DNA of 64,000 bases from contig OZ025806.1 of the NCBI GenBank assembly GCA_964019425.1, forward strand, positions 1-64,000, read 5' to 3'. The translations under genes and the position numbers were made by a program. This DNA is from Flectonema sp. DT1601. Its lineage: Eukaryota. This document shows positions 22,301-30,315 of this stretch, one piece after another (the first letter of the stretch is position 1; every line of letters starts with the position of its first letter). Below the pieces are notes generated by a model. The model worked only from the letters and a program-made list of their open reading frames with translations, did no database searches and was not told the origin of the DNA.

Positions 22301-23307
22301 GTAGAATCAGGGGTTGACGTCTTCCACTTTCGTCCCCGTTTCCCTTTGAAAAGGAGACGTCGACGAATGAATTTAGCCGCCACTTCATGCAGTATGTTGT
22401 TAAAGAGCTTGGCATTCGCAGTTGCATCATCGGAGAGTCTTGATTTTCTAATTCTCTTTTCGAGCATGGTCCCAAAGCAGTTCCAGCCCGTAGACTTGAA
22501 GTCCCATACAACGCGTTTCTTCGAACCTATCGTGGCCCGTGCAAGTTGGCACATGGGATCCAGTACGGTGTAGAGAGGTCGATGATCTGACCCATGTTTA
22601 TTATCTTCTTCAATTGCACTAAATTCTTCAAGAACCATCGAGTTTGAAAAGAATACTACATCTGGCGAGGTACCACCCCCCGGGACGTCAGGAAAAGGCC
22701 TTGTGATTGACCCCATCTTGTTAGCAACCAGTAGATCATTTTGAGCTGCCCATGCATGTAGAGTTGAACCTGCTCTCGTCGATTTAAGTGACCACACCGG
22801 ATGATGGGCATTAAAGTCACCCGCGACGATTGCTTTCGTTGAGACTGGAAGATCTGACTCTCTGATCATGCATCCCGGGGGAGCATAAACATTGATGATG
22901 TCAATCTTTCCACCTATGTTGACCTTCACGACCTCGACATCATTTAAGTGTGGCGGAAGCTCCATGTTCAAACGCTGCTGAGTGTGGCATTTTTTCACCA
23001 TAGAAATAACCCCTCCACCTCGTGTTGCCCTATCATCCCGATAGGTGAAATAGTCCGTGTGCGAAATTACATCATTCGCCCAAGTCTCCTGTAAGCACAG
23101 TACGTCAGGCGCATAGACATTAAGCAGCTTGTGAATATAAGCGCCTTTGTTCCCCATCGATCGACAGTTCCAGCTCAGTAGAGATATGAGAGAGTTGCCA
23201 GGGCCAGGGTTGCGTTCGACGTCGCCTGCCTTTAGCAGCAGTTCACGAGCCGTATCCTTTTCCACAAGTGAGTTGGTCGGACTGAGTTCATCCTCATCGT
23301 CATCTAG
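19396..23307 (-). CDS. ORF2 polyprotein: 2A peptide - AP endonuclease - RT - RNase H - CCHC; no ATG before the first APE motif
   Basis: APE: SWNCRS, CLQET, GDFNAHH, GSDH. RT: KAAGPDG, FRPITLTS, QAGFR, DFTAAFD, GVPQGS, YADD, YLGV. RNase H: NCDGS, FTDS, PSHIG. C-terminal CPFC..HLLQGC. Confidence 0.95.
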   Translation of the reverse strand, partial: LDDDEDELSPTNSLVEKDTARELLLKAGDVERNPGPGNSLISLLSWNCRSMGNKGAYIHKLLNVYAPDVLCLQETWANDVISHTDYFTYRDDRATRGGGVISMVKKCHTQQRLNMELPPHLNDVEVVKVNIGGKIDIINVYAPPGCMIRESDLPVSTKAIVAGDFNAHHPVWSLKSTRAGSTLHAWAAQNDLLVANKMGSITRPFPDVPGGGTSPDVVFFSNSMVLEEFSAIEEDNKHGSDHRPLYTVLDPMCQLARATIGSKKRVVWDFKSTGWNCFGTMLEKRIRKSRLSDDATANAKLFNNILHEVAAKFIRRRLLFKGKRGRKWKTSTPDSTKSKGVHLRDQLDKGNNFAFAFKKIKELQQDAGKDISVNNISDCDLPSAFLDLFVSKSEILSLEAPALSEGDNEIDICCDFTMAEIKAAIKNLKTRKAAGPDGVHNEMIKNFTPATVEYLLRIINTSWKTSKVPYQWKQGLIKPMFKAGKPRNELKSFRPITLTSVVGKLAERLVYDRLMHWLTKHSSLSPLQAGFRKGRNTCEQITVLVDAIVRSHMEEKRSVFLSFDFTAAFDRINHKILLLKLVKMGVPNVIIRWITDFLTNRKVRVEANGYFSEFRTLAKGVPQGSILGPLLYLIYVDDLCKILELEKETTTSALYADDTACVVSGSNMEEALSNAQLVLDKVDQWCFENDMALSVSKTCALKMNVRSKGIVLNDTCNRELPFSRSVEERMLKLDYGDIENHINLKSPRPMLQSGETILEIGGIPIKTQEELDNLMLQYVVREDSIMVVRAIFKTAFLLPIVDSVKYLGVHIDDRLTFHKQVGKIHEELKRGISLLQCLQPYELDYKTLNMVKNLYVTARISYALDSFGWLISSSVDSIDFELRKVARLVTGCSKCTPRELLLWESDMYPFKRQIEKQTKIAYYRYKAMTWIPNTNRLASTQSYWAGLIPGTDSQRESQCLVQPDSMEPWVSPTNLRISNSCGFPKSANPAVDKEKFMSYIGTLPPVDMVINCDGSYSASGAAGAAHIAKSRSGLRSAYASRLYQADCSYRTEQHALKNAARHLKTVFSKDRSMKSVRIFTDSKSLLDELLGGRCRQKNTESLKILEYLRMCEMKVHLQFIPSHIGIEFHDEVDALAKEAAHNKNIRPVLVKGTYFSRSSHVKRCIKKDLLNVSGYTCYKHLIRGRSVKYPPGMERADEIRIANFRTGCHPLIQNWRKTIDCPFCGEPSSQVHLLQGCQSPKLNSARFKILGFSTLTGKWDRDRELIIANEIPNLEALFTLAWLPSLALIIRWMEQTSNLRLWK

Positions 23308-23310
23308 TCA
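23200..23310 (-). other. Recoding cassette: in-frame UGA-CUAG stop followed by a 2A StopGo motif (LLLKAGDVERNPG|P)
   Basis: AAC TGA CTA GAT GAC GAT GAG...; 14 open codons connect the ORF1 stop to the track's ORF2 start in the same frame. Exact DxExNPGP motif. Confidence 0.85.
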
Positions 23311-24957
23311 GTTGAGATCAAAGTCCGAATCGTTACTTTCCATTTCTACGTCACGGTTTTTATCACTACCCTGCTTAGCAGCAGATTCGGTGGGCGGTGT
23401 TGTTGTTTGTGCTGTTGCTGGTGCTGGCGTTGGTGTTGGTGCTGATGGTGCTGGCGCTGGTGTTGGTGCTGATGTCGGCTGCTGAGTTGGCTGTTGTGGT
23501 TGAGGAGTTGTTTTTTGTCTCTTCAGGGTTCCCGTTAGTTTTTGAGCCGCGTCGCCTGGGTTGTAGGTTGGGCCTAGCGGTTTTCTGTCAGTTCGTTTAA
23601 CTTCTTTGTTTATCACAAGGTATTCATTAGTACCTATGCTTACGAAGTTGGGCGGTTGAGATTTCGCAATTGCAACAATTGTAGTACTCCCTCCTTTATG
23701 GAAAGAAGCAACAACTGTGTGTCCCCAGTTGTGTGAGGACTTCAAGAAGTCGCTGATCTGCGCTGTCGAGTACTTACGAATCGCCATCGAATTTATAACA
23801 AACCTGTCGCCCGAGGGCAGTGCAGGCTTGATTGCCGCGTTGAGCTTAATGCTGACCCTGATATTACAGTCAGGGTGGACTCGGAGCCCAAAACAGCTTT
23901 TAAACCTGCACATGTAGAATTTTCCTTTGAATTCATCAAGTGCAGAAGCCTTGGACTTCGCTGCCAGGAAGCCAAGGTCGTTTTTGAATTGCAACGTTGG
24001 CCAAACGTCACTTCCGTTCGACCAACTCGGGTTTCTGAAAAAGACATTCTTGGGTTTGTCAGTTTCGGGTTCGCTGTTGTTGTATTCCAGAACCTCGTGT
24101 ACTTGGTTTCTGGGGACTCTGAAAGCCATCGAGGTGTGGGACTCGTTCTTTCTGTAGCTAAAGGGGTCCGCCTTTATCTTCAATTTCTTTAGAATATCGG
24201 TCGTTTTGACGGTCAATTCTTTCTCAGCTGATTTACCCCCGTCTTGGATGAATAGAACTGGGTTGGGAGTTGGAATCTGGTAGCTAGTTGCTGCTTTAGA
24301 AAAGTCGTCACCAAACACGTGCGTGTAAAATACGCGCCTGATCTCGCAGACGCCACCCTTTTTTATCACCGGTAATGCTACTGGAACGGTGCTCTTTGTG
24401 AGCGGGATTTTGCTGATAGCAGCCCAACGGCCGCTCTTCTTTGTTTGGCGGAGTGCTTCTAAGTCTAGCTTCGAACGAACTAAAACAAGACCAGAGGTAA
24501 GGTTGTTTGTAGCATTAGCTGCTACGTCGTAACTGATGGTGGCCACAGCGCCTGCCCACGCACCGTGAATGTGCCACTCCGGGTAGCTTGCTTTTGCCTT
24601 TCCCTTCGTGGTTTGATTGTCCTTCATTGCTGTCGGTATCGGCAATGAGAACGGCTTCGTACTCGTTTGTTGATTAGAAGCTGTAGATGCTCCTGTAGTT
24701 GGTTGGTTGACACCTGTAGTTGAGGGTGTCGTCGCTTCTGCTGCCGTCGTCGCGGTCGCTTCCGTCCCACCACTCCCATCGAGTGTGTCCGGTGTCCTCC
24801 TCTTCATCTCCGGGTTCCCACCTTCTGACCCAGCTACGAATTGAACGATCCCCATTAGGAGATTTGCCACCCTTCTTTCCTTCTCTTGCTCCGGGATCCC
24901 GTCTTCTCCCACTATCTTCAGGAGGTCCGATACCAACCTCTTCAGGTTGTCTCTCAT
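23308..24957 (-). CDS. Retrotransposon ORF1, 549 aa, no family recognised
   Basis: Starts at the first ATG after the SL relic (MRDNLK). Basic core, T/P/A-rich linkers, acidic end. Confidence 0.85.
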   Translation of the reverse strand: MRDNLKRLVSDLLKIVGEDGIPEQEKERRVANLLMGIVQFVAGSEGGNPEMKRRTPDTLDGSGGTEATATTAAEATTPSTTGVNQPTTGASTASNQQTSTKPFSLPIPTAMKDNQTTKGKAKASYPEWHIHGAWAGAVATISYDVAANATNNLTSGLVLVRSKLDLEALRQTKKSGRWAAISKIPLTKSTVPVALPVIKKGGVCEIRRVFYTHVFGDDFSKAATSYQIPTPNPVLFIQDGGKSAEKELTVKTTDILKKLKIKADPFSYRKNESHTSMAFRVPRNQVHEVLEYNNSEPETDKPKNVFFRNPSWSNGSDVWPTLQFKNDLGFLAAKSKASALDEFKGKFYMCRFKSCFGLRVHPDCNIRVSIKLNAAIKPALPSGDRFVINSMAIRKYSTAQISDFLKSSHNWGHTVVASFHKGGSTTIVAIAKSQPPNFVSIGTNEYLVINKEVKRTDRKPLGPTYNPGDAAQKLTGTLKRQKTTPQPQQPTQQPTSAPTPAPAPSAPTPTPAPATAQTTTPPTESAAKQGSDKNRDVEMESNDSDFDLN

Positions 24958-25015
24958 AATTGCTTTTTCCTGTGAAACGTACCCACTGATTCTTACCAAT
25001 ATTAGGTTGCGAAAT

Positions 25016-25072
25016 CAATAAAGTACAGAAGTACAGAAAAGTACAGAAGTACAGAAGCACAGAAGTACAGAA
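25016..25072 (-). repeat. Stuttered SL relic at element 5' end: six TTCTGTAC-type units, the last continuing into TTTATTG
   Basis: The final 15 nt (TTCTGTACTTTATTG) equal the 3' end of the SL exon at 13914-13900. Confidence 0.9.
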
Positions 25073-25446
25073 TTCCTTTTATTTCTATAAGCCAATGTCT
25101 CTATTAGTTTTCTGACGATATCAAATATTTCTATCCCTTTATCAGTTCTCACACCCCTGTCTTCATCACAAGAAAACTTATATTTAAATTAAGTCCCACC
25201 CACCCTTCCCCCGCCGGTGCCCCGTCGAATCGAAACAGCCCGGTACAACCCCTACGCAGAAGTAATCTGCACCACAGTGTAGATTCTTCTAAGTGATCTC
25301 AGACTTGTTAACTGCATGTTCATTCAATTAAGTATACTTCTCTTTCCCAGGTGCATACAGTATAGGAAGGCTAATTACTCATTATAGTTTTATGTCTGTC
25401 AGAAAACCCGCACAAAATCGACTCTCACCAGGCAATGGTAGGAAAT

Positions 25447-25473
25447 CAATAAAGTACAGAAAGTACAGAAACT
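25447..25473 (-). repeat. Second stuttered SL relic (AGTTTCTGTACTT-TCTGTACTTTATTG-ATTTC)
   Basis: Matches the SL 3' part twice and is followed by the same ATTTC as copy C. Confidence 0.8.
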
Positions 25474-26230
25474 TTTTTTTCCTCCAGTATGGGCTACTCC
25501 TCTAGCAACGAAAATATTTTGTATAAAGTTGGCAGTTTCGGAAACTTTTGTGTTCGGATTAGGTTTTCCCTTTTTTTTTTGAATTTTTTATTTTTTTTTT
25601 TTTTTTCATGAACAACGAAAAAAAAATTTTTTTTTGAGTGTTTCACTACTGTGTTTCTCTTGTTACTACTATAATTGCTTAGGCGCTGCCCTTACTGGGT
25701 GGCTGTTCAATTTTTCGAGACTGGGGGATGCGACACGGAAACTGATTGCGCTGTGAGGCGCGGTGCGTACAGCGGGGTTCGAACCGAGGCCGATTGGGCA
25801 CCACCCCATCCAGGTGCCAAGCTGTCTTTTTGTTACAGTTTAGACAATTTGGGTTTTAATAAATAAATTCATTCACTTTTGCAGTTATTTGCCACTTTGT
25901 TACATCTCACTATTCTGAAAAAGCAATCTTTGATTTCATTTTTTTTTGGGTAAAGGGGTCTTCCTACACAAATAGTTTCAGAACTAACCATTCATTACAA
26001 AATCCAAAATGGCTGTAAACCGTCCAGTTCGATCCTGGGTGAGGGCATTTTTTTTTTTTTTTTCTTGATTTTTTTTTCAGGTTGGACTTTGTACAGGGGA
26101 GGTTGGCTTTTATTAGTGGCTCCCCCAGGTTGGGGGGGGCTTGCGTTCTGCCAAATTCCCCATCCCGTAGTTCTTCTCACATTTCTATTTTATTGAAAAT
26201 AATGTAATGAACGATAACCTTATTAATATA

Positions 26231-26328
26231 CTGTAAAGGGAAATATTCTTTTTTTTCGCGGATTTAGAAAAAATAAAAACTTGTGGGAAAAACGCAGGTT
26301 TTTCCCACAAGAATATTTCCCTTTACAG
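26231..26328. mobile_element. ~100-bp MITE (Tc1/mariner-like, TA TSD)
   Basis: TA-CTGTAAAGGGAAATATTCTT...AAGAATATTTCCCTTTACAG-TA, a perfect 20-bp TIR, plus an internal 14-bp hairpin (26280-26311). Confidence 0.7.
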
Positions 26329-26766
26329 TAACTAAATTCCTATATTTCTATCCCAGGGTCGCACACATTGCAGATACAAGTTCGATAAACCTGTTGTGAA
26401 TTTATAAAATATTTCCAAACCGATAACCTAAGCCACATACCCAATCATCATAAACCTAGCCGTCGTTTTCGTGCTAGCATATTAATATAACAACAACTAC
26501 AAATATCTTTCAGAAAAACAAAAACAATAAATAAAGAATAACCTTATCTTCGTCTATTCTGTGATATGACTTGAAATAGGGTGCAGTGTGCATTTTCAGC
26601 TAAGGGAGGACATTTTTCATTTGTCGTTCCGTTGGGACAGAAAAGTAATAAATAAATAAAAAATTGCGAAAAAAAAAGAAATTGCTTTTTATTTATAAAT
26701 AAAAATTCAGAAAAGTAATAAAAAAATTGTGTGCGAGCAACGCGAGCCTGGAAGGGGTATCTCTAG

Positions 26767-26792
26767 TGCGGGTTTGCGGGTTTGCGGGTTTG
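26767..26792 (+). repeat. Interstitial 3-copy GGGTTTGC seed
   Basis: TGCGGGTTTGCGGGTTTGCGGGTTTG; same unit and strand as the large array. Confidence 0.9.
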
Positions 26793-27367
26793 GTGTTGCT
26801 GTGAAGTAAAAAGAACTGAAGAACAACAAACGTGCGAGGCAAATGTGTTTGCGGTAGAGAGAACGTATTCTTTTTGGTACAAGGTTGGCACACACAACGA
26901 TGACCAAAACAAGTTGCGTTCTTTACAAATAAAAGAAATCAAAGAAAGATCAAAACAAAATCAAAACAAGAAAAAAGAAAACTATTCACCTGATGCGTCA
27001 TACAAATATGCATCAGTAAAAGGGCGTGAACAGTTTTTTGAAGGTGAAACTTGACAATGTCAAAAACAGTAACAATTTTGGGTATTAATAAAAAACTAAC
27101 ATCAAGCAAGAAAAAAAACAGTTTTTGAAACATGGCAGTACCATAACTTCTTTTTTTCGTCGTTCTTTTGAAAACATGGCTTGAATATGCAGCAGACATG
27201 GCAGCGCCGTGGAAGAGTTTTTTTTTTTTTTTCCTTTTTTTCAGCAACGAAAGAGAGGGCCATGCACTTTTTTTTTTTTAGCTGTTGTTGTTTTCATTTG
27301 AGGAAAGGCAAGGGAACTGAAAGATTCCTCAATTAAAACAAATGGGATAAGGGGGGAAGCCATTTAC

Positions 27368-29140
27368 CTACAAAAACCTACACAATCTACGAGGCATGAA
27401 AGCCCGATGCCTGAGCAATGTGCTCGTTGGGAGGTTGGTATGCGCAGTCCAAAATGGAGCAAATGGACCGAAATAACTTTTGAAGTTTCTACTATGCACC
27501 GCACCAAATGTTGCCTCGGGGTTGCATTTTCTCAGAATTCCTTTCCAATCCTTTGGAAGAGTCTTGTTTGTGAAGACCAGATGGACATCACGTGGAGAAA
27601 CTGATGCAGATGTGTTCTTTCTAAGCTCGTCTCTGGAGAGGGTTTTCACATCTCCAGCGTGTTCCTGGAGCTTGCATGACACGCTGAGCGTTTGATCCTC
27701 GCTAAGCCTGTAGAAAACGGCAGCTGACGGAGCACCCTTCCCGTTGATAACACACACATCCGTAGTCAATTCCCTCGAACCGCTACTTGTGTTGATGCTC
27801 CAGTTCCCATTCTTAGCTCCAATGGCTGCAGCCTTCTTCTCGCTTGCTGAGGTAATTCGACGGGAACTCTCAATAACTGTTAAAGGTCTGTTGGTGCACT
27901 TCATGTATCCCTTACCGACCCAGTCAGCCCCGTAGTGCATATCATTGAGGCACGTTGCTCCCTTCGGCCGTACATGTGAACGGATTGCGAGGATCTGAGC
28001 CGCGAACTTTTCGTAGCCCTGATTCTCCACTGAAGCTGACCAGTCCCAGTCTCTGAGGGTGGCGGATCCAAGGTTTCTTTGAAGCGCGAGCCACAGGGGT
28101 GCAATCTCCAAACGCCAGTTGTTAAGCGTCATCAATCCAGAGGCAATTACTGGGTCAAGTTCGAGCGCTTCCTCGTCTGACAAATTCTTGAAGCACATGT
28201 TGAGCAGGTGTGGGACGTTGACATCTGGAGCAATCATGCGGTACCTAACAGAAAGGTTGGTGGCAGCATACTCGCACAATTTCTTGAAGGAACAATGGGG
28301 CTTCTTAACGTCAGCAACCGCCTCGACAGCGCGCGGATGACCAAGTGTTAGAGACATCACAGTCTCAGCATTCTGGGTGATCCCTTCAGGCATTCTAAAC
28401 AGCTTGGGGGGGTGCATTAGAGCTCCACTGACCGTAGCTGAGGCCGCCATTGCTTTGCGAACCGGTTCTGAGACTGTGGCACTTGCCACAGGGAACAGGT
28501 TATATGTGTCTGAAAGCATCACACTTGACAGTGTGTGGAGGATGATCCGCATGTTGCTGTTCTGATATGCATCTCTTTCCGAACCCACATTGTGGACACC
28601 GTCGACAAGCAACAATATGAGTGGGTTGTTGCCTGCAGCATCGTGGATTTTCTGTGCGACCGTCCCGATCGTTGTGCCACGCCAGGTGCTCGTGAATTCA
28701 TGGAAAGTTTTTTCTTTACTTCCTCCTTGACCCTTCAGCTGCCACATCATCCGCACCGCTACTGAACCCACGACAGCAGAATGTGAATCTATATCCTCCG
28801 GTAGCACCGGTGTGCCATTTTCGAAAGAAACGCTGACTACTATAAGCTGGTGTTTTTTGAAGTACTTCGGAAAGAACGTCTTTAGCAACCGCGGCACCTC
28901 CGTCAGAGTGCGGCTCTTCCCAGTGCCCATCCCACCTGCGATGGTTACAAGAGATAGCATCTGTTTCGCACCGATCTTGTCTTGGCAGCTTATGAATGAC
29001 TTGAAAGCTTTCTTAAGTGACTTCAGGTCCTTTTTTGCGTGTTGAAAATTCCAGTTTCTCCCAGTATCACCAGATGCGAGCAGAGGGTACAATTTTCTCC
29101 GCAGATCCTCTGACGTAAGCGTAACTTCCGGTTTGGTTTT
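27368..29140 (-). CDS. Crinkler/RHS-type P-loop NTPase + REase-fold protein, probably a 3' exon
   Basis: Walker A GGMGTGKSR, Walker B LLLVDGVH, GHPRAVE and C-terminal NGKGAPSAAVF..SVSCK. Phase-0 acceptor CACTAATACAAACACAG ends at 29141. Confidence 0.65.
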   Translation of the reverse strand, partial: KTKPEVTLTSEDLRRKLYPLLASGDTGRNWNFQHAKKDLKSLKKAFKSFISCQDKIGAKQMLSLVTIAGGMGTGKSRTLTEVPRLLKTFFPKYFKKHQLIVVSVSFENGTPVLPEDIDSHSAVVGSVAVRMMWQLKGQGGSKEKTFHEFTSTWRGTTIGTVAQKIHDAAGNNPLILLLVDGVHNVGSERDAYQNSNMRIILHTLSSVMLSDTYNLFPVASATVSEPVRKAMAASATVSGALMHPPKLFRMPEGITQNAETVMSLTLGHPRAVEAVADVKKPHCSFKKLCEYAATNLSVRYRMIAPDVNVPHLLNMCFKNLSDEEALELDPVIASGLMTLNNWRLEIAPLWLALQRNLGSATLRDWDWSASVENQGYEKFAAQILAIRSHVRPKGATCLNDMHYGADWVGKGYMKCTNRPLTVIESSRRITSASEKKAAAIGAKNGNWSINTSSGSRELTTDVCVINGKGAPSAAVFYRLSEDQTLSVSCKLQEHAGDVKTLSRDELRKNTSASVSPRDVHLVFTNKTLPKDWKGILRKCNPEATFGAVHSRNFKSYFGPFAPFWTAHTNLPTSTLLRHRAFMPRRLCRFL

Positions 29141-29186
29141 CTGTGTTTGTATTAGTGTTTTTTGGAATTATCTGTATGGAATTATC

Positions 29187-29531
29187 CGTAACCTTTTTAT
29201 TCCCGTTCTTGAAAAATGTACTCTTCCATGAAATACTCGGGTTAACTTGAGCTTTCTTAAAGGGGTCCTTGTTCTTTTTTGGATCAATCTGATAATGTTT
29301 GATCTTTTGAGAGGCGTTAAAGCATGCCTTGTTTCCATTAGTCTTGTGCTCAAAGTCTATGGTTTTTTCCATGATTTTGGAGCCATCTTTAATGAAATGC
29401 CTTTTCGGTATCTTATTAATGTTGTTAGAGTCATACACCTGACACATAAAACCTAACTCGGATAGATCAAAGGACCAGTGCCAGCCTGACTTAGGTTTTT
29501 TCGACCACGGAAAATTACTGAAGTTATGAAG
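29187..29531. repeat. ~340-bp direct repeat of 32108-32449
   Basis: Near-identical CGTAACCTTTTTATTCCC...GAAAATTACTGAAGTTATGAAG at both sites. Confidence 0.92.
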
Positions 29532-29579
29532 TTTTTCTTTTTGTTTATCTTGTTATTAAAATTATTGTTACCATTATTG

Positions 29580-30104
29580 TTACATTGGGATAAGGGAGAT
29601 TTTATTGATCCAGTCTTCAATATCTTGGATTTTCTGTGTATTTGGGATATCAAGCGACCGTAAGCGGCGGCATCGTGCCAGGTGAGAGTGTAAAGCACAT
29701 CTGTGAGGACGTGACGTAAGTTCAACAAGATTTCCATGACGGGTGGGTCCACCGCCAATTACTTTCCATTCAGCATCTCTACAATGCAAAAAGCCCATCT
29801 CCTTTCGATCAAATCGTTTATGACAAGTGTCTTCAGCTGAGTCACGTGTCCCACACAGTATCAGAAAGTTGGAAAAGGTGTCATCAACCCACCGCACATT
29901 AGCTTCGTCACAAAAGTCTGGATTTCTGAAGATATGTGCAACTGTACCGCCATTTCTGCCACACACCATACATTTTTTACCAAGGGTTAAACTCACAGCT
30001 AACTTCAGGTCTGATGGCTTTCCCCCTGATGAACTAAGCTTTTTTGTTGATCCGTATTGTGTAAACTCTGGATCGAAGAAGTTCTCAAATGGTGCGGCTG
30101 CCGC
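29580..30104 (-). CDS. HNH endonuclease exon (HNH_2 / Crinkler-HNH-like)
   Basis: CMVCG..TVAHIF..NFLILC..CHKRFD. The open frame extends to a phase-0 acceptor CACTAACAG ending at 30105. Confidence 0.7.
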   Translation of the reverse strand, partial: AAAAPFENFFDPEFTQYGSTKKLSSSGGKPSDLKLAVSLTLGKKCMVCGRNGGTVAHIFRNPDFCDEANVRWVDDTFSNFLILCGTRDSAEDTCHKRFDRKEMGFLHCRDAEWKVIGGGPTRHGNLVELTSRPHRCALHSHLARCRRLRSLDIPNTQKIQDIEDWINKISLIPM

Positions 30105-30315
30105 CTGTTAGTGTTTAAATGAGTTGCTTTTCAGGTTGTTGTGGGTTACAGGGCCCCCCGTGAAACTTTGACAATGTAAAAACAGTAACAACTTTAGGGT
30201 ATTAAAAACATAATTAATATCAAGTACTTGACTGGTAAATATTTGTAGTTGTTAATCAAAGAAAATTACGTTTAGAAAAAAGAAAACATAAAAAGAGAAA
30301 ACTATATTTTATGTC

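Larger units (their letters stand above)
18910..25072 (-). mobile_element. Full-length ~6.2-kb Ingi/I-group non-LTR retrotransposon (copy C)
   Basis: SL-derived 5' end, ORF1, ORF2 (APE-RT-RNase H), 3' UTR and poly(A). TSD AAAAGGAAT (plus strand ATTCCTTTT at 18905-18913 and 25072-25080). Confidence 0.95.

Noticed and set aside
13828..25080. SLACS/CRE/NeSL-type SL-gene-specific retrotransposon
   Set aside because: The SL gene is uninterrupted, the element encodes APE and RNase H rather than an RLE, and the SL relic lies inside the TSD.
25760..26062. tRNA-like fragments (GGTTCGAACC near 25776; CCAGTTCGATCCTGGGTGAGGGCA+polyT at 26024-26062)
   Set aside because: Only B-box/T-arm pieces are present; I could not build a cloverleaf or find an A box.
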